A stretch of 63,398 bases of DNA, counting the filler, from Malassezia furfur (Eukaryota), in assembly GCA_052055015.1 (NCBI GenBank). It is 31 parts of 31 records of this genome, joined end to end, with 100 filler letters (N's around TTAATTAATTAA, not from the genome) between each part and the next. Parts side by side here need not be neighbours in the genome. Positions count along the whole stretch, not along the records: positions 33,303 to 35,242 come from JBQJIT010001013.1; positions 35,343 to 37,281 come from JBQJIT010001014.1; positions 37,382 to 39,316 come from JBQJIT010001015.1; positions 39,417 to 41,350 come from JBQJIT010001016.1; positions 41,451 to 43,383 come from JBQJIT010001017.1; positions 43,484 to 45,410 come from JBQJIT010001018.1; 25 more parts are not named here. One strand, written 5' to 3'. The position numbers and the translations under genes are program-made. The notes under the pieces were generated by a model. The model was not told where the DNA came from. It worked only from the letters and a program-made list of their open reading frames with translations, and searched no databases. Every line of letters begins with the position of its first letter. The stretch's first letter is position 1. Below are positions 34,467 to 45,510 of the stretch, in pieces.

Positions 34467-35242
34467 CTACAGGGCAAGTGTGCGCGAGCGCGCGCCGGGC
34501 GCGGCGCTGGCCTCGCGCGTGGCGCGCGCGGGCGTCGAACTACGGGGCAAGGACTCGGGCGCAACGGTCGAGGCGCGCAGTGCGTCGTTGGACACGGGCT
34601 TCGCCGTGCTGCCGCGGCGCAGCGACTCGAGGCGGTCGCGCAGGCTCGCCGTGTTTTCGTCGATCCACTTGAGCGAGCCGAGGTGCGCGTTGAGGATCGC
34701 CGAGATCTGCATGATCGGGTCGTCGTTGCCCGCGCCCGAGTCGCGCGCACCCACGCGCAGCGAGTGCAGCGCCTCCGGGTTCGCCTCGGCGGTGTGCGAC
34801 GACGTCCGTCCGCCGGTGGGCGCCGAGAGCTGGTTCACCTCGTCGATCATCGACACGAGGTTGCGCGACATGTCGTCGAGCTGCGCATTCAGGCTCTCGG
34901 CGAGCGTGTACGTCTTCTCGCGCTCGACGTCCGTCACGCCGACATCCACACCGCTGCGTGCGCCGGCGTTGGTCAGCAGCTCCTCGCGCTGCGACTCGTA
35001 CTGGTCGAGCAGCGCATTCAGCTCGTTTTGCTGCTGCTCCACGTAGTCGAGCGTCTGGTCGATGCTCTTCTGGCGCTCCTCGGCCTGCGAGATGTTGGCG
35101 ATCAGGCGGCTGATCTCGTCGCCGCCCTTGAGCAGCACGCGATCCCACGCGGCGACCTCGCCGGCCTGGCGGCTAAACTCCTTCACGCTCGCATCCAGGT
35201 CGGTCTGCCACGTCTTGACGATCTCCTCGATGCTCTTGCCGC
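34467..35242 (-). CDS. NSP1: Nucleoporin Nsp1/Nup62, C-terminal coiled coil
   Basis: GKSIEEIVKTW...EFSRQAGEVAAWDRVL, DQTLDYVEQQQNEL, ILNAHLGSLKWID. Confidence 0.9.
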
Positions 35243-35342
35243 NNNNNNNNNNNNNNNNNNNNNNNNNNNNNNNNNNNNNNNNNNNNTTAATTAATTAANN
35301 NNNNNNNNNNNNNNNNNNNNNNNNNNNNNNNNNNNNNNNNNN

Positions 35343-36969
35343 GCTCCTTGCGCTCCTTGCGCTCCGGCGCCGCCTTGCGCCCGAGCGGCTCGAGCGTCGG
35401 CACCACGTGGGTGTTTTTGATCGTGCGCCCGCGGCACGCGAGCGCCGCCTGCGCCGCGGCGGGCGTCGCAAACACGACGTGCACAAAGGTGCGCAGGCGC
35501 CCCTCGTCCTTGTCGCGGCGTCCGCTGCGCTCCGCGGGGAAGAAGTGCACGTGCGTGACGTGCTCGGCGTGCTCGCCAAAGTAGGCGCGCACGTCCGCCT
35601 CGGTCAGCGGGAACGCGTCGCCCATGTGCCCGAGGAAGAGCGTCGCGTCCTGCTGCGCGCTCGGCGCCGCAGGCGCGCCGCTGCCGTCCGCGCGCGGGAG
35701 CGCCACGTGGGTAGGCGCCGCGGGCGCCGGCTTGGCGAGGCGCGACGCAAAGCTCATGCCCTGCGCACGCGTCTCGGTGGCGATGCGCGCCTGGTGCACG
35801 TCGAACACGAGCGTGGCGAGCGGCGCATCGGGCAGGTTGAAGAACCACAGGTTCTTCCACGCGCTCTCTTCGCGCCCGCCCGCCACAAACGGCTGGGGGA
35901 CGTGCAGCGCGACGTGCAGCGCGTGGTCGAGCAGCGTGCGCTGCGACGGGTCGATCGCCAGCTCGACCTGCGCCTTGACCGCGTCCCACACCTCGTGGAA
36001 CTGCGTGCGCGCCGCCAGAAGCTTTTCGCGGAAGGCGTCGAGCGACGCGTGCACGCCAAACTCGTTGTATGCCGACACCTCGCGCAGGTGCAGCGCGCCG
36101 CTCACCACGTAGTCGGCACGCACCGCGTGCGCCAGCTGCGCCAGGAGCCCCTCGCGCCCCGGCGCGCCGTGCGTCACCAACACACGCACCTCGCTCGGGT
36201 CGTACGCGTGCTGCGCGCTCTCGACCAGCGCGCCCAGCTGCAGCATCGTGACCCACGTCGCGCCCTGCGCACCGCCCATGGTCGTCGTCGCAGTGCCGTG
36301 GTCAAACAGCTTGTGCAGCACCACCGCGCCACCGAGGCCCAGCAGGCGCAGGCGCAGCCCACCGACGTCGAGCGCGTGCGTCGTCGTCTCGTCGAGCACG
36401 TGCAGGTTCGGCACACGGTACTCGCCGGAGCGCAGGCGCTCCAGCACCTGCACGTCCTCGCACGCGCCGTACACGGTGAACACGGGCACCTGCAGCGTCA
36501 GGGCGTGCGTGAGCAGTTTGGGGAACTCGGAGAGCACCGCCTCGCCGTTCGCCACCACGCCCTGGCGCAGCGCGTCGCCGCCCTGCGTGTCGAGCAGGAG
36601 CGAGCGCAGCTTGGGCGTGAGCAGCGGCGAGTACTGCACCACATGGCGCAGCACACGGTCGCTCAGGCGCGGCAGCGAATCGCTCGCGAAGAAACCAAAG
36701 TCGCCCGTGTGCACGATCGCTTTCGCCTTGCACTCGGCCGCGATCTGGTTCAGCAGGCGCACGTTGCCGCGGATGTCAGACACAAACGCGATACGGCCGT
36801 GCGGGCCCTGCACGACGTGCACGTTGCCCGCTCGCCCGGCGGCGGCCGCCGGAGCGCCCTGTGCGTCCGCGCCAGGCGCAGCGTCTGCGCGCGGCGCTCC
36901 AGGCGCTCCGCGCACCGTATTCACTTTCTTATTCGCACCGTACGAGCGTGGATGAGGTCCGACTTCCAT
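35343..36969 (-). CDS. DUF2433-type metallophosphoesterase-like protein with C-terminal RRM-like domain (3' truncated)
   Basis: SDIRG, HTGDFGFF, YGACED, AWKNLWFFNLPDA; RRM-like TLFLGH...FVHVVF. Start codon uncertain. Confidence 0.7.
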
Positions 36970-37102
36970 CCCGTTGCTGGTCTGGATGCCACACACCAAG
37001 TACGTCGTCCAACAAAGGCGGACCGTCTGGCGGTGAAAATTGCGCGGCTCGGCCGCCGGTCACGTGGCATGCACCGCGAAGCGCCGCTGACGCCTCGCCA
37101 CG

Positions 37103-37281
37103 ATGGGGAAGAAAAAGGGCGCGCGCAAGGACGAGGAGGATCCGTTCGCCGACCTCGGCGAGGACGTAGCACAGAACAACGTCGAGCCGCCTGCGGAGGA
37201 TGAAGCGGACGGCGCGCCCGCGCCGGACGCTCCGCCCGCGGACGCCAACGCGGACGCCGCCGCCGCGAAGGACGACGCGCC
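37103..37281 (+). CDS. 5' end of a charged protein, possibly eIF5B or an ABC-F factor
   Basis: MGKKKGARKDEEDPFADL; too short to identify. Confidence 0.4.
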
Positions 37282-37622
37282 NNNNNNNNNNNNNNNNNNN
37301 NNNNNNNNNNNNNNNNNNNNNNNNNTTAATTAATTAANNNNNNNNNNNNNNNNNNNNNNNNNNNNNNNNNNNNNNNNNNNNGGCGCCGACGCAGCGCCCT
37401 GCGGGGCTGGCGGCGCCGGGCGATGCGGAGGCCGTGTACCGTGTGCCGGACGGGCGCGTCGACGAGCTCGACACCGCCGAGGCGCCCGAGACGCACGGCG
37501 GGCTTGCGGACCATGTGGCGCCGCTGAGCGCCGCGACGTCGGTGCCCGACGCGGGCCCGGAGGCGGGGTGTGAGGCGGGGCCCGGGGCGAAGCGTGTACG
37601 TAGTGCGCGCGCTAGCGATACC

Positions 37623-39286
37623 CTATGACGTGTGTGTGGGCTGCTGCGGGGCCATGGGCCACACCGCTGCGGGGTCGTCCGCGTCGTCGGCGAGCGCCAT
37701 GTCGTCCTTCTGGTCGTCCTTCTGGTCGTCCGGCGCGTCGTGCGAGGCGTCCGACGAGGCGCGGCGCGCAAACGGCCACCAGTGCATCCACGCGGGGTCG
37801 GCCGTGGCGTGGAGCTTGGTGTGGAATTCCGCCTCGTCGGCCGAGAGCGTGGACGGCGCGAGGTGCCGGCCGTCCTCCGGGTTGCCGGAGCCGTGGAAGC
37901 CGAAGAAGGAGGCGGGGCGGTCCTCCGGGAGGACGTAGTCGCCGACGTGGTACGCGGGCTTGTCGAGCGCGGTGAACGGCGAGCCGGTCGCGCGTGCGTA
38001 CACGTAGCAAGCTGCGATGCGCAGTGCGCACGACCCGAGCGCAAAGCCGAGGCCGCCGAGGGGCGCGGCGAAGAAGGCGCCGAGCACGCTGTAGTCCTCG
38101 ACGTAGAGGCCGTCGGGCATGCCGATCAGTGCGCCGCCCTGCTTGGCATCGCCGTAGAAGATGGTGCCGAAGACGAACACGGTGAGGAACCCGCCGCACC
38201 CGCCGACGAACACGTCGATGCCCTTGTAGAAGTAGAGCGCCGGGATCAGTCCGAGGAACACGGCAGGCACGATGGCGAGCGACGCGAGATCGGCGACGAT
38301 GAACACCTGCAGGATGTCGATGTTGATCGCGGCCAGAATGACGCACGGCACGTTCAGCGCGATGAGGATCAGACGGCACCACCAGATGTTGACGCGCCCC
38401 AGGAAGAGGTCGCTTTCGATGACGCTGATCTGCGCGGACTGGAACGTGTCGTAGGCGCTCGACGAGAGCACGCCGGTGAGCACCAGGACGATGCCCGTGA
38501 CCCAGTTGGGCATCACGGCGAGGATGTAGAACAGGGCGTACGACCCGTCGTCCTCGTCGTTCGGCGGCGCTTGGAGGCCGGCCCACTGCGCCACCGGCCC
38601 GGCCATGCCGACGACGAAGCAGATGGCAAAGAGGGGGACGCTCGCCAGCACCACCGAGAGGTACAGGCTGCGGTTGTTTTTCGAGGCAAAGGCGCGCTGC
38701 CAGAAGCCCTGGTTGAACATCTGTGCAAAGGTGATCGACACCGGCAGGATGTACCACAGCTCGCCGCCGAGCTTTTGCGGGCGGAGGAGGCCGCTTGCCT
38801 CGACGGCGTCGTGCGGGATGTCGAGGCGCGTGCCGATCATGGCGCCTGCGATGATGATCATCACCATGACGCACACCGCGTTGAAGTTGTCCGTCCAGAG
38901 CGACGCTTTGAAGCCGCCGTAGGCGGTGTAGAGCGTCGTGGTGATGGCGATCACCAGCGGCCCGAGCCACTGCACCGACTTGCCGAGGTTCGGCTGCAGC
39001 GTGTACAGGATCGAGCCGTAGGTGTTCAGCTCAACGATCATGAAGCAGAACATGAAGCCGATAAACACCAGCGCGCTAAACACACCGATCGGCCACCCAA
39101 AGCGCCGCCGGATGAACTCGCTCAGCGTGAAGCCGTCGGGGCACATGCGGCGGATCAGCGGGCCGAACACGCCGAACGCCCACACGGGCGCGATCGTCGC
39201 AAAGGCATACGCGGCCAGGCCGAGGATGCCTGCGTTCGGGATGAGCGCCAGCTGCGGGTAGGCCTCGAGCAGCGACGACGACATGT
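37623..39286 (-). CDS. Sodium:solute symporter family permease (Dur3/Dur31-like), first exon(s) missing
   Basis: Many TM helices; CPDGFTLSEFIRRRFG, YTAYGGFKASLWTD, QGFWQRAFASK; acceptor CTAACCACAG ends at 39287. Confidence 0.85.
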
Positions 39287-39623
39287 CTGTGGTTAGCCCC
39301 ACGCACCAGGCCCTAGNNNNNNNNNNNNNNNNNNNNNNNNNNNNNNNNNNNNNNNNNNNNTTAATTAATTAANNNNNNNNNNNNNNNNNNNNNNNNNNNN
39401 NNNNNNNNNNNNNNNNGCCGCGTGGCGCGTCGCCTGGGCGCAGCGCGCCGCGTGGCGCGCGCCAAGATACCCCCCCTCGCTCCCATAGCCCCCGTGCGCC
39501 CGCGGACGGCGACGTGACGCCGCCGTACCGGCGCGGCGTGCGCACCGACACGCCGTAGATGTGGAGGTGCGGCCGTGCGGCTTTTTTTTTTGGGTGCGCC
39601 CGCCCTTTGTGGCTCGGTCGATC

Positions 39624-41063
39624 ATGGCGCTGCGTGCGAGTGGGTGTCGTGCGACCGACGTTGCGCGGCTGCGCGTGTGCCCCTCGGTGCAGCGGCGTGC
39701 ATACCACGAGTACGTGCGTGTACGTGCGCCGGGCGGCTCGTGTGCGCGTGTGCCCCTCAAGCCCGGGCAGACGTTTGGTGCTTTGGCGAGCCGCGGGGAG
39801 CGCGCGCGGCAAGAGGACGCGGTGTCGTACGCGTGCGTGATGCTCCCGTGTGAGCAGCTGCGGCAGAGCATTGTGGATGCGACGCCGCGCGGCCAGACGC
39901 GCGACCCGTGGTTCGGGTGGTCGTGCATGGAGGCCGGCGGCCCGGACTTGGGCGCGCAGGTCGTGTGGTTTGCGTGCTTTGACGGGCACGGCGGCCCGAG
40001 CGTGTCGCAGCGCCTTGCGGCGCGCCTGCACGCCGTGTTCGAGGCGGCGGAGCCCGATATGGTCACCGATACCGTGCGGTACATGCGGTCGCTCGGCGGC
40101 TACTTTCGGCGGTACTCGGGCGGGGTGCTGGAGCGGTGGGTGCGCAAGGACCGCCTGGGCCGCGGCGCGAAGCGCGAGGCGCCCACGCCGCAGCGCTATG
40201 CGTCGCTGTCGGCGCTCGCGGCGAGCTCCGAGGCGGCGCCGGAGCGCGCGCTGGAGCACTACGTTGCGCTCGACGGCGACGAGGCGCCGGGCGCGCGGCA
40301 TACGGAGCGGATTGCGCCGCCCGACGAGATGCGTGGCAAGGAGCTCACGCTGAAAGAGCGCGCGACGCTTGCGTGGCTCATGGTACGTCGCGCGCTGACC
40401 CAGATGGACCGCGAGATCCAGCAGAACGAGGCCTACCAGGGCGCTGGGAGCACTGCGAGTGTGGTGCTGGTGCACAGCCTCGACAAGCCTGCGGCGCCGT
40501 GGTATGCGAGCCAGTACATTTCGCTCACCACCGTGCACCTGGGCGACACGCGGTTTGTGCTGTGCCCGGTGCGGGACGGGCGGGCGGTGCCGCTGACCAC
40601 CTTCCACCACCCCGACGACCCCGTGGAGGCCGAGCGGCTGAGCCGGCTGGGCGCGGGCGTGGTGACCGACTCCTTTGGCGAGAACCGGTGGATGGGCACG
40701 CTGGCGAACACGCGTGCGTTTGGCGATGCGGACGCCAAGCGGTTTGGCGTGACGCCCGAGCCGGACGTGACGACGCACCTGCTGCGCGGGTCGGACGTGG
40801 CGTTTGTCGTGGGCTTCAGCGACGGGATCAGCGACGTGGCGAGCGACCAGGAGATTGCGGACCTGTGCTGCGGCGCGTCGCACCCGCAGGAGGCGGCGAA
40901 GCGCGTCCTGCGCTACGCCGAGAACCTCGGCGCGGTGGACAATGCGACGGTGGTGTGTGTGCCGCTGGCCGGGTGGGGCCAGGCGCACAACGAGGACTCG
41001 ACGCGCGCGCGGCGCAAGGAGCGGCTGAGCAAGGTGGATCTGTTCCGCGATAGGCGCAAGTAG
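39624..41063 (+). CDS. PP2C phosphatase, mitochondrial Ptc6-like
   Basis: RQED, FDGHGG, GSTAS, HLGDTR, LANTRAFGD, SDG, DN; probable in-frame 21-nt intron 40383-40403. Confidence 0.85.
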   Translation: MALRASGCRATDVARLRVCPSVQRRAYHEYVRVRAPGGSCARVPLKPGQTFGALASRGERARQEDAVSYACVMLPCEQLRQSIVDATPRGQTRDPWFGWSCMEAGGPDLGAQVVWFACFDGHGGPSVSQRLAARLHAVFEAAEPDMVTDTVRYMRSLGGYFRRYSGGVLERWVRKDRLGRGAKREAPTPQRYASLSALAASSEAAPERALEHYVALDGDEAPGARHTERIAPPDEMRGKELTLKERATLAWLMVRRALTQMDREIQQNEAYQGAGSTASVVLVHSLDKPAAPWYASQYISLTTVHLGDTRFVLCPVRDGRAVPLTTFHHPDDPVEAERLSRLGAGVVTDSFGENRWMGTLANTRAFGDADAKRFGVTPEPDVTTHLLRGSDVAFVVGFSDGISDVASDQEIADLCCGASHPQEAAKRVLRYAENLGAVDNATVVCVPLAGWGQAHNEDSTRARRKERLSKVDLFRDRRK

Positions 41064-41350
41064 CTATGGACGTGGGCGCTTGGCGCGGCGGTCGGACGGG
41101 GCGCCGTGCCGCTTGACGCTCGACACGAGCGACGCCAGCTCCGACGGGCGCGCGGCGGGCGCGGCGCTTGGCGCCGCGGCGCCCGTCTGCTTCGCGTTGG
41201 CGGCGCGCGACGCGTCGAGCAGCTGCTGCATGCCCGCCGTCTTGACGAAGCCGGGGTGGTGTGGGTCGATCGCGAAGCGGTAGTCGTCCTTGATGGCGGC
41301 GAAGCGCGGGTCCTGCGTGTCCATCGTGAACGACGGCTGCGTGAGCGGCG
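41064..41350 (-). CDS. ESF1: Pre-rRNA processing protein Esf1, C-terminus (NUC153)
   Basis: DPRFAAIKDDYRFAIDPHHPGFVKTAGM...LVSSVKR. Confidence 0.8.
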
Positions 41351-41450
41351 NNNNNNNNNNNNNNNNNNNNNNNNNNNNNNNNNNNNNNNNNNNNTTAATT
41401 AATTAANNNNNNNNNNNNNNNNNNNNNNNNNNNNNNNNNNNNNNNNNNNN

Positions 41451-43383
41451 TCGCGCATAACTCGACGTTCACGACGTTCGGAAACAGCGAGCTGAAGTAG
41501 GTGGCAAGAGCTGACACAGGGATCTCCAGAATCTCATTCATGCCGAAAAGCTGTTCACGAGTGCGAATGCCAAGGCAGCGGCCGAGGTGCAGAAGAGCGC
41601 CGACTCGCTCCGCACGTGGAGCCATGGCGAGGGCGACGATCTTGAGGATGTGTTGCCCAAGGTTGCGCTGCTGTACGAGCACTTCAGCAAGGCCGAGCTG
41701 AGGTTCAACTATTTCGTGTCAACCATGCGTCTGCACCTCAAGTCGATTCGTTCGCGCGAGGAGGCGTATGCGGAGCTCAAAGCGCGCAAGCGCACGCTAG
41801 CGTCCAAGATTGAGGGCGTGGAGCGCAAGCTTGCCAAGATGGGCCCCGAGAACAAGGAACTTGCACGCGTGACGAGCAGTCTGCGTGAGATGCGCAGCGA
41901 CATGGAGGTGCTGCGCAACGAGATGGAGCACGAGGAAGCAGCACTCGGCGACTTCAAGCGTCGCACGATTGTTGAGGCGCTCAACCTGAAGAGCGGCGGC
42001 ATGATGGAGCTGGGCGAGAAGTGCATTGTGATCGCCGAAACGTGTCGGCTCCTGAGCGAGGAGCTGCCAATGGTCGCGACCGTGCCCGGCAAGGGACGCC
42101 AGCCATACCGAAGTACGTATCCCTGCACTCACACCACAGACGAGGCACGCACGGACCGTCTGCTTCAGGAAGCCATCCGGCAGCTCGACTCGATCCACTT
42201 CCAGCCGCGCCAGGAGCCGCAAAATGAGTCGCTCTCGCGCGACTACAGCTCGCCGACAGCGGCTAAGTTCAACGAGCCGACGAGCGGCGGTGTCGCGGCG
42301 GTGGGCGGCGCGGGAGCGCGGACAGCGCCGACGATGCGCACCTCGGCTCTGGCCGCCGACCAGTCGCTCTCCGCCGATGACACGAGCCGTGGCTCGCAAG
42401 GCTGGTCGGCGCCCGGTCATGGCCCCAGCATGCCTGCGTCGGTGCCTGTGTCTGCGCCGGACGCGGCGGCGGGTCTGCCGACGGTGCCCGAGAGCGAGGA
42501 CGTGCAGGACTACTCGGAGGCCTATGTCGAGGAGGGCGACCCGCGGATCTACGCCGGAGAAGGCGACCCGCAAGCTTACGAATATGCCAACGCAGCGCGC
42601 TACCCCGAGCACGTGGGCCACGAGGCGGATTTGGCTGCGTCTGCGACGATGAGCGAGGGCATGGGCCACGATGCGGCGTACGGCGGCGCCATGATCCCCG
42701 AGGCTGATGAAGCTTCGTACGTCAACGCCGAGGCACCGGGCGAAGCGCCGGGCGAATACGGTGTGCCAGTGTCGAACATGGCGTACTCTGGCTACGACAT
42801 GGGGCTCGGCTACCCCAATGACGCGATTCCCGCGCTGCCGCCCATGCCGCCTGCGAGTCATTTGGCCTCGGTGGCGGGTGGTCAATACGTTTCGCTGACG
42901 CCCAACTCGCGCGGCTCGCCGCTCGGCGATGCCAGCGAGAACCGTGCGTACTTTGAAGGGGTCGGCAGTACCAAGGCGCTGCAGGCAGCGGCCGCACGCA
43001 TCAACCACTTCCCCGCCATCGACCACCTCGACATCAACCAGACCCCGGGTATGTTTGCGACGGACGAGGCGAGTGGGCGGAGCCTGTCGCCCTCGGCGCT
43101 CCGTCCGTTTGGACACACTTCACCGCCGCACGCGTCGTCGCCGCGCTTGAACGACCCCTCGTACAAGAACCTTGCGAGTGTCTCGCGGCCCCTGTCGCCC
43201 GAGAGCGTCCACGCCCAGCGCATGGCGCCCAGTGCCGCTACGTCGCGCACGCCGTCGATGCCGAGCCCGGTGACGCAGCATGCGCCGTACATGGCGGCCG
43301 CCACTTCGCCGCTCACGCACCACTTTGCCGAACCGACGCACGCGCCCGCAGCCGCGGCGCCCGCAGCACCCGCGCCGACGGCG
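41451..43383 (+). CDS. Pil1/Lsp1-like BAR domain protein with long disordered tail (both ends truncated)
   Basis: LQNLIHAEK, LRTWSHGEGDDLEDV, HLKSIRSREE; introns 41497-41519 (23 nt) and 42113-42139 (27 nt). Confidence 0.75.
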
Positions 43384-43806
43384 NNNNNNNNNNNNNNNNN
43401 NNNNNNNNNNNNNNNNNNNNNNNNNNNTTAATTAATTAANNNNNNNNNNNNNNNNNNNNNNNNNNNNNNNNNNNNNNNNNNNNCGGCGCCAGCTCGGGCG
43501 TCGCATACGCCGCGCCGCTGGACGCGCGCCGCTCGCTGCGCACTTTGCGCGTACCCGTCGCGAGAGGCGGCATCGGAATGCTGGTCGCGGGCGCAGGGCC
43601 CTGAGACGCGGATCGCCCACCAGATCCCGCAACGCCACCGAATCCCACGTACCAGGGTTCGCGCCCTGCACTTTGTGACGTCATATCCAAACGCCGCGCC
43701 GGACGTGGAGGGCGACTGGCCGCCCCCGCGCGAATTTCTGCACCGGTGACGTCGGTCGGTGTGGGTCACGTGCGCGTGTCGCTCTTCACGCCCTTCTGCG
43801 ACCGTT

Positions 43807-44769
43807 ATGCTCGGCTTCGAGGTGTTGCGCCGTGCACGGCCCTGGCACGCAGCGCAGGCCGCGTGGCCTGCGCGCCTCTTGTCCACCTCCGCACGGCTCC
43901 TGGAGCAGGATGCCGCGCCGTCCTGGACGCCGCTCTCGCGCCGCGTCGGGCTCATCACGCGCAAGATGGGCATGACCACCCTCTTTACGCCCGACGGGAA
44001 AAAGGTGCCGGCCACCGTCCTGTACGTCGACGGCAACCAGATCTCGATGCACGTCGGCACCGAAAAGCTGGAGAACGGCGAGGACGCGCCGTACACCGCG
44101 CTCCAGGTCGCGGCCGTCAGCGCACGCAGCCAGACCTTGCCGCGCCGCGGTCACCTGCGCAACGCGGGCATCGACGAGCCCAAGCGCGTCCTGCGCGAGT
44201 TCCGCGTGACGCCCGACGCGGTCGTGCCGCTTGGCACGCAGCTCTCTGCCGCGCACTTTGTGCCGGGGCAGGACGTCGACGTCCGCGCCATCACGCGCGG
44301 CAAGGGCTTCCAGGGCGTGATGAAGCGCCACAACTTCAAGGGCGGCAACGCGTCGCACGGTGCCTCGCTCGCACACCGCACGCCGGGCTCCATCGGCCAG
44401 AACCAGGACCCGGGGCGCGTGTTCCCCGGCAAAAAGATGCCGGGTCGCATGGGCGGCACAGCACACCGCACCGTCCAGAACGCGCGCGTGCTGCGCATTG
44501 ACGTGAAGAACGACCTGATCTTTGTCAAGGGCATGGTGCCGGGTCCCGAGGGCGGCGTCGTTTATGTACAGGACGCGCTCAAGAACCTGGTCAAGAGCGC
44601 CTACTTTACGTTCCGCAAGGGCAAGACGTCGACGGGCGAGCTGATCGACCCGGCGCGGGGCGTGCAGCAGTACCTCTCGAACGGGGTGCAGAACCTGCCG
44701 TTCCCGGCTGGCACCAAGGAGCTGGCACAGACGCTGCCCGACGTCATCGAGATCGGCCCCGCGGCGTAG
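43807..44769 (+). CDS. MRPL9: Mitochondrial ribosomal protein uL3m
   Basis: KMGMTT, TRGKGFQGVMKRHNF, ASHGASLAHR, PGRVFPGKKMPGRMG. Confidence 0.93.
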   Translation: MLGFEVLRRARPWHAAQAAWPARLLSTSARLLEQDAAPSWTPLSRRVGLITRKMGMTTLFTPDGKKVPATVLYVDGNQISMHVGTEKLENGEDAPYTALQVAAVSARSQTLPRRGHLRNAGIDEPKRVLREFRVTPDAVVPLGTQLSAAHFVPGQDVDVRAITRGKGFQGVMKRHNFKGGNASHGASLAHRTPGSIGQNQDPGRVFPGKKMPGRMGGTAHRTVQNARVLRIDVKNDLIFVKGMVPGPEGGVVYVQDALKNLVKSAYFTFRKGKTSTGELIDPARGVQQYLSNGVQNLPFPAGTKELAQTLPDVIEIGPAA

Positions 44770-45186
44770 AAGATGCTTCGTAGGAACACGCTCGGACGAC
44801 ACCCACGACGCGGCACGTGAATGACGTCACACACCGTCAAAGACCCTGCTGAGGTCAGCAGCTCAATCTTATCAGAAATGACGTACCTGCAGTGCAGATA
44901 AGATCCAGGGTCAGCGGACGACGTCAGATGGCCTTGGCACACCTGTCGGACAGGAGAAACTAGGGTACGAAAAAAGTTTAATGCATGCACCTCTATCACG
45001 TGGCGCATTAGGCGCGCCCCTGGTATGACGTCGGCGGCGCACTACCAGGGCGGGGGGCACGACGGCTGCCCCGCGGAGCGCCGGCGCGGCCGCCTATAGC
45101 CGTGCCGCCTAGCTACGTGCGAGAAAAAAATAAAGCGTATGTGCGGGCGTTTTGCCAAGGGGGCGGCGGCGTCGGGGTTGGGGTCG

Positions 45187-45410
45187 CTACTGGTGTACCT
45201 GAGCATAGAGATCGTAGACCGATTCGCGGATGCGGCGTAGGCCCGCCGACAAGTTGCCCTCGATCACGATGCGCCCCGAGCTCTCCTTCTGCACGGTGAC
45301 GCTGCGCATCGCGTCCGATGCCTTGCGGCCCGCGCTCGGTGCGCCGTCGCACACCAGCACGCCCTCGCCCGCAAAGTCGGCGCGGATGCGGTGCTGGCGC
45401 GCGAGCTGCG
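45187..45410 (-). CDS. CFT2: CPSF100/Cft2, C-terminus; not in the ORF track
   Basis: Manual translation IRADFAGEGVLVC...VTVQKESSGRIVIEG...IRESVYDLYAQVHQ*. Confidence 0.75.
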
Positions 45411-45510
45411 NNNNNNNNNNNNNNNNNNNNNNNNNNNNNNNNNNNNNNNNNNNNTTAATTAATTAANNNNNNNNNNNNNNNNNNNNNNNNNNNNNNNNNN
45501 NNNNNNNNNN

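Noticed and set aside
36982..37003. 22-nt GTACTT...CAG segment as a 5' UTR intron
   Set aside because: No branch motif and no coding constraint to test it.
39287..39306. Possible 20-nt intron GTGCGT...CTAACCACAG in the permease
   Set aside because: Only 10 nt of upstream sequence remain and they do not resemble the expected peptide; it may be the end of a longer intron, so it was not counted.
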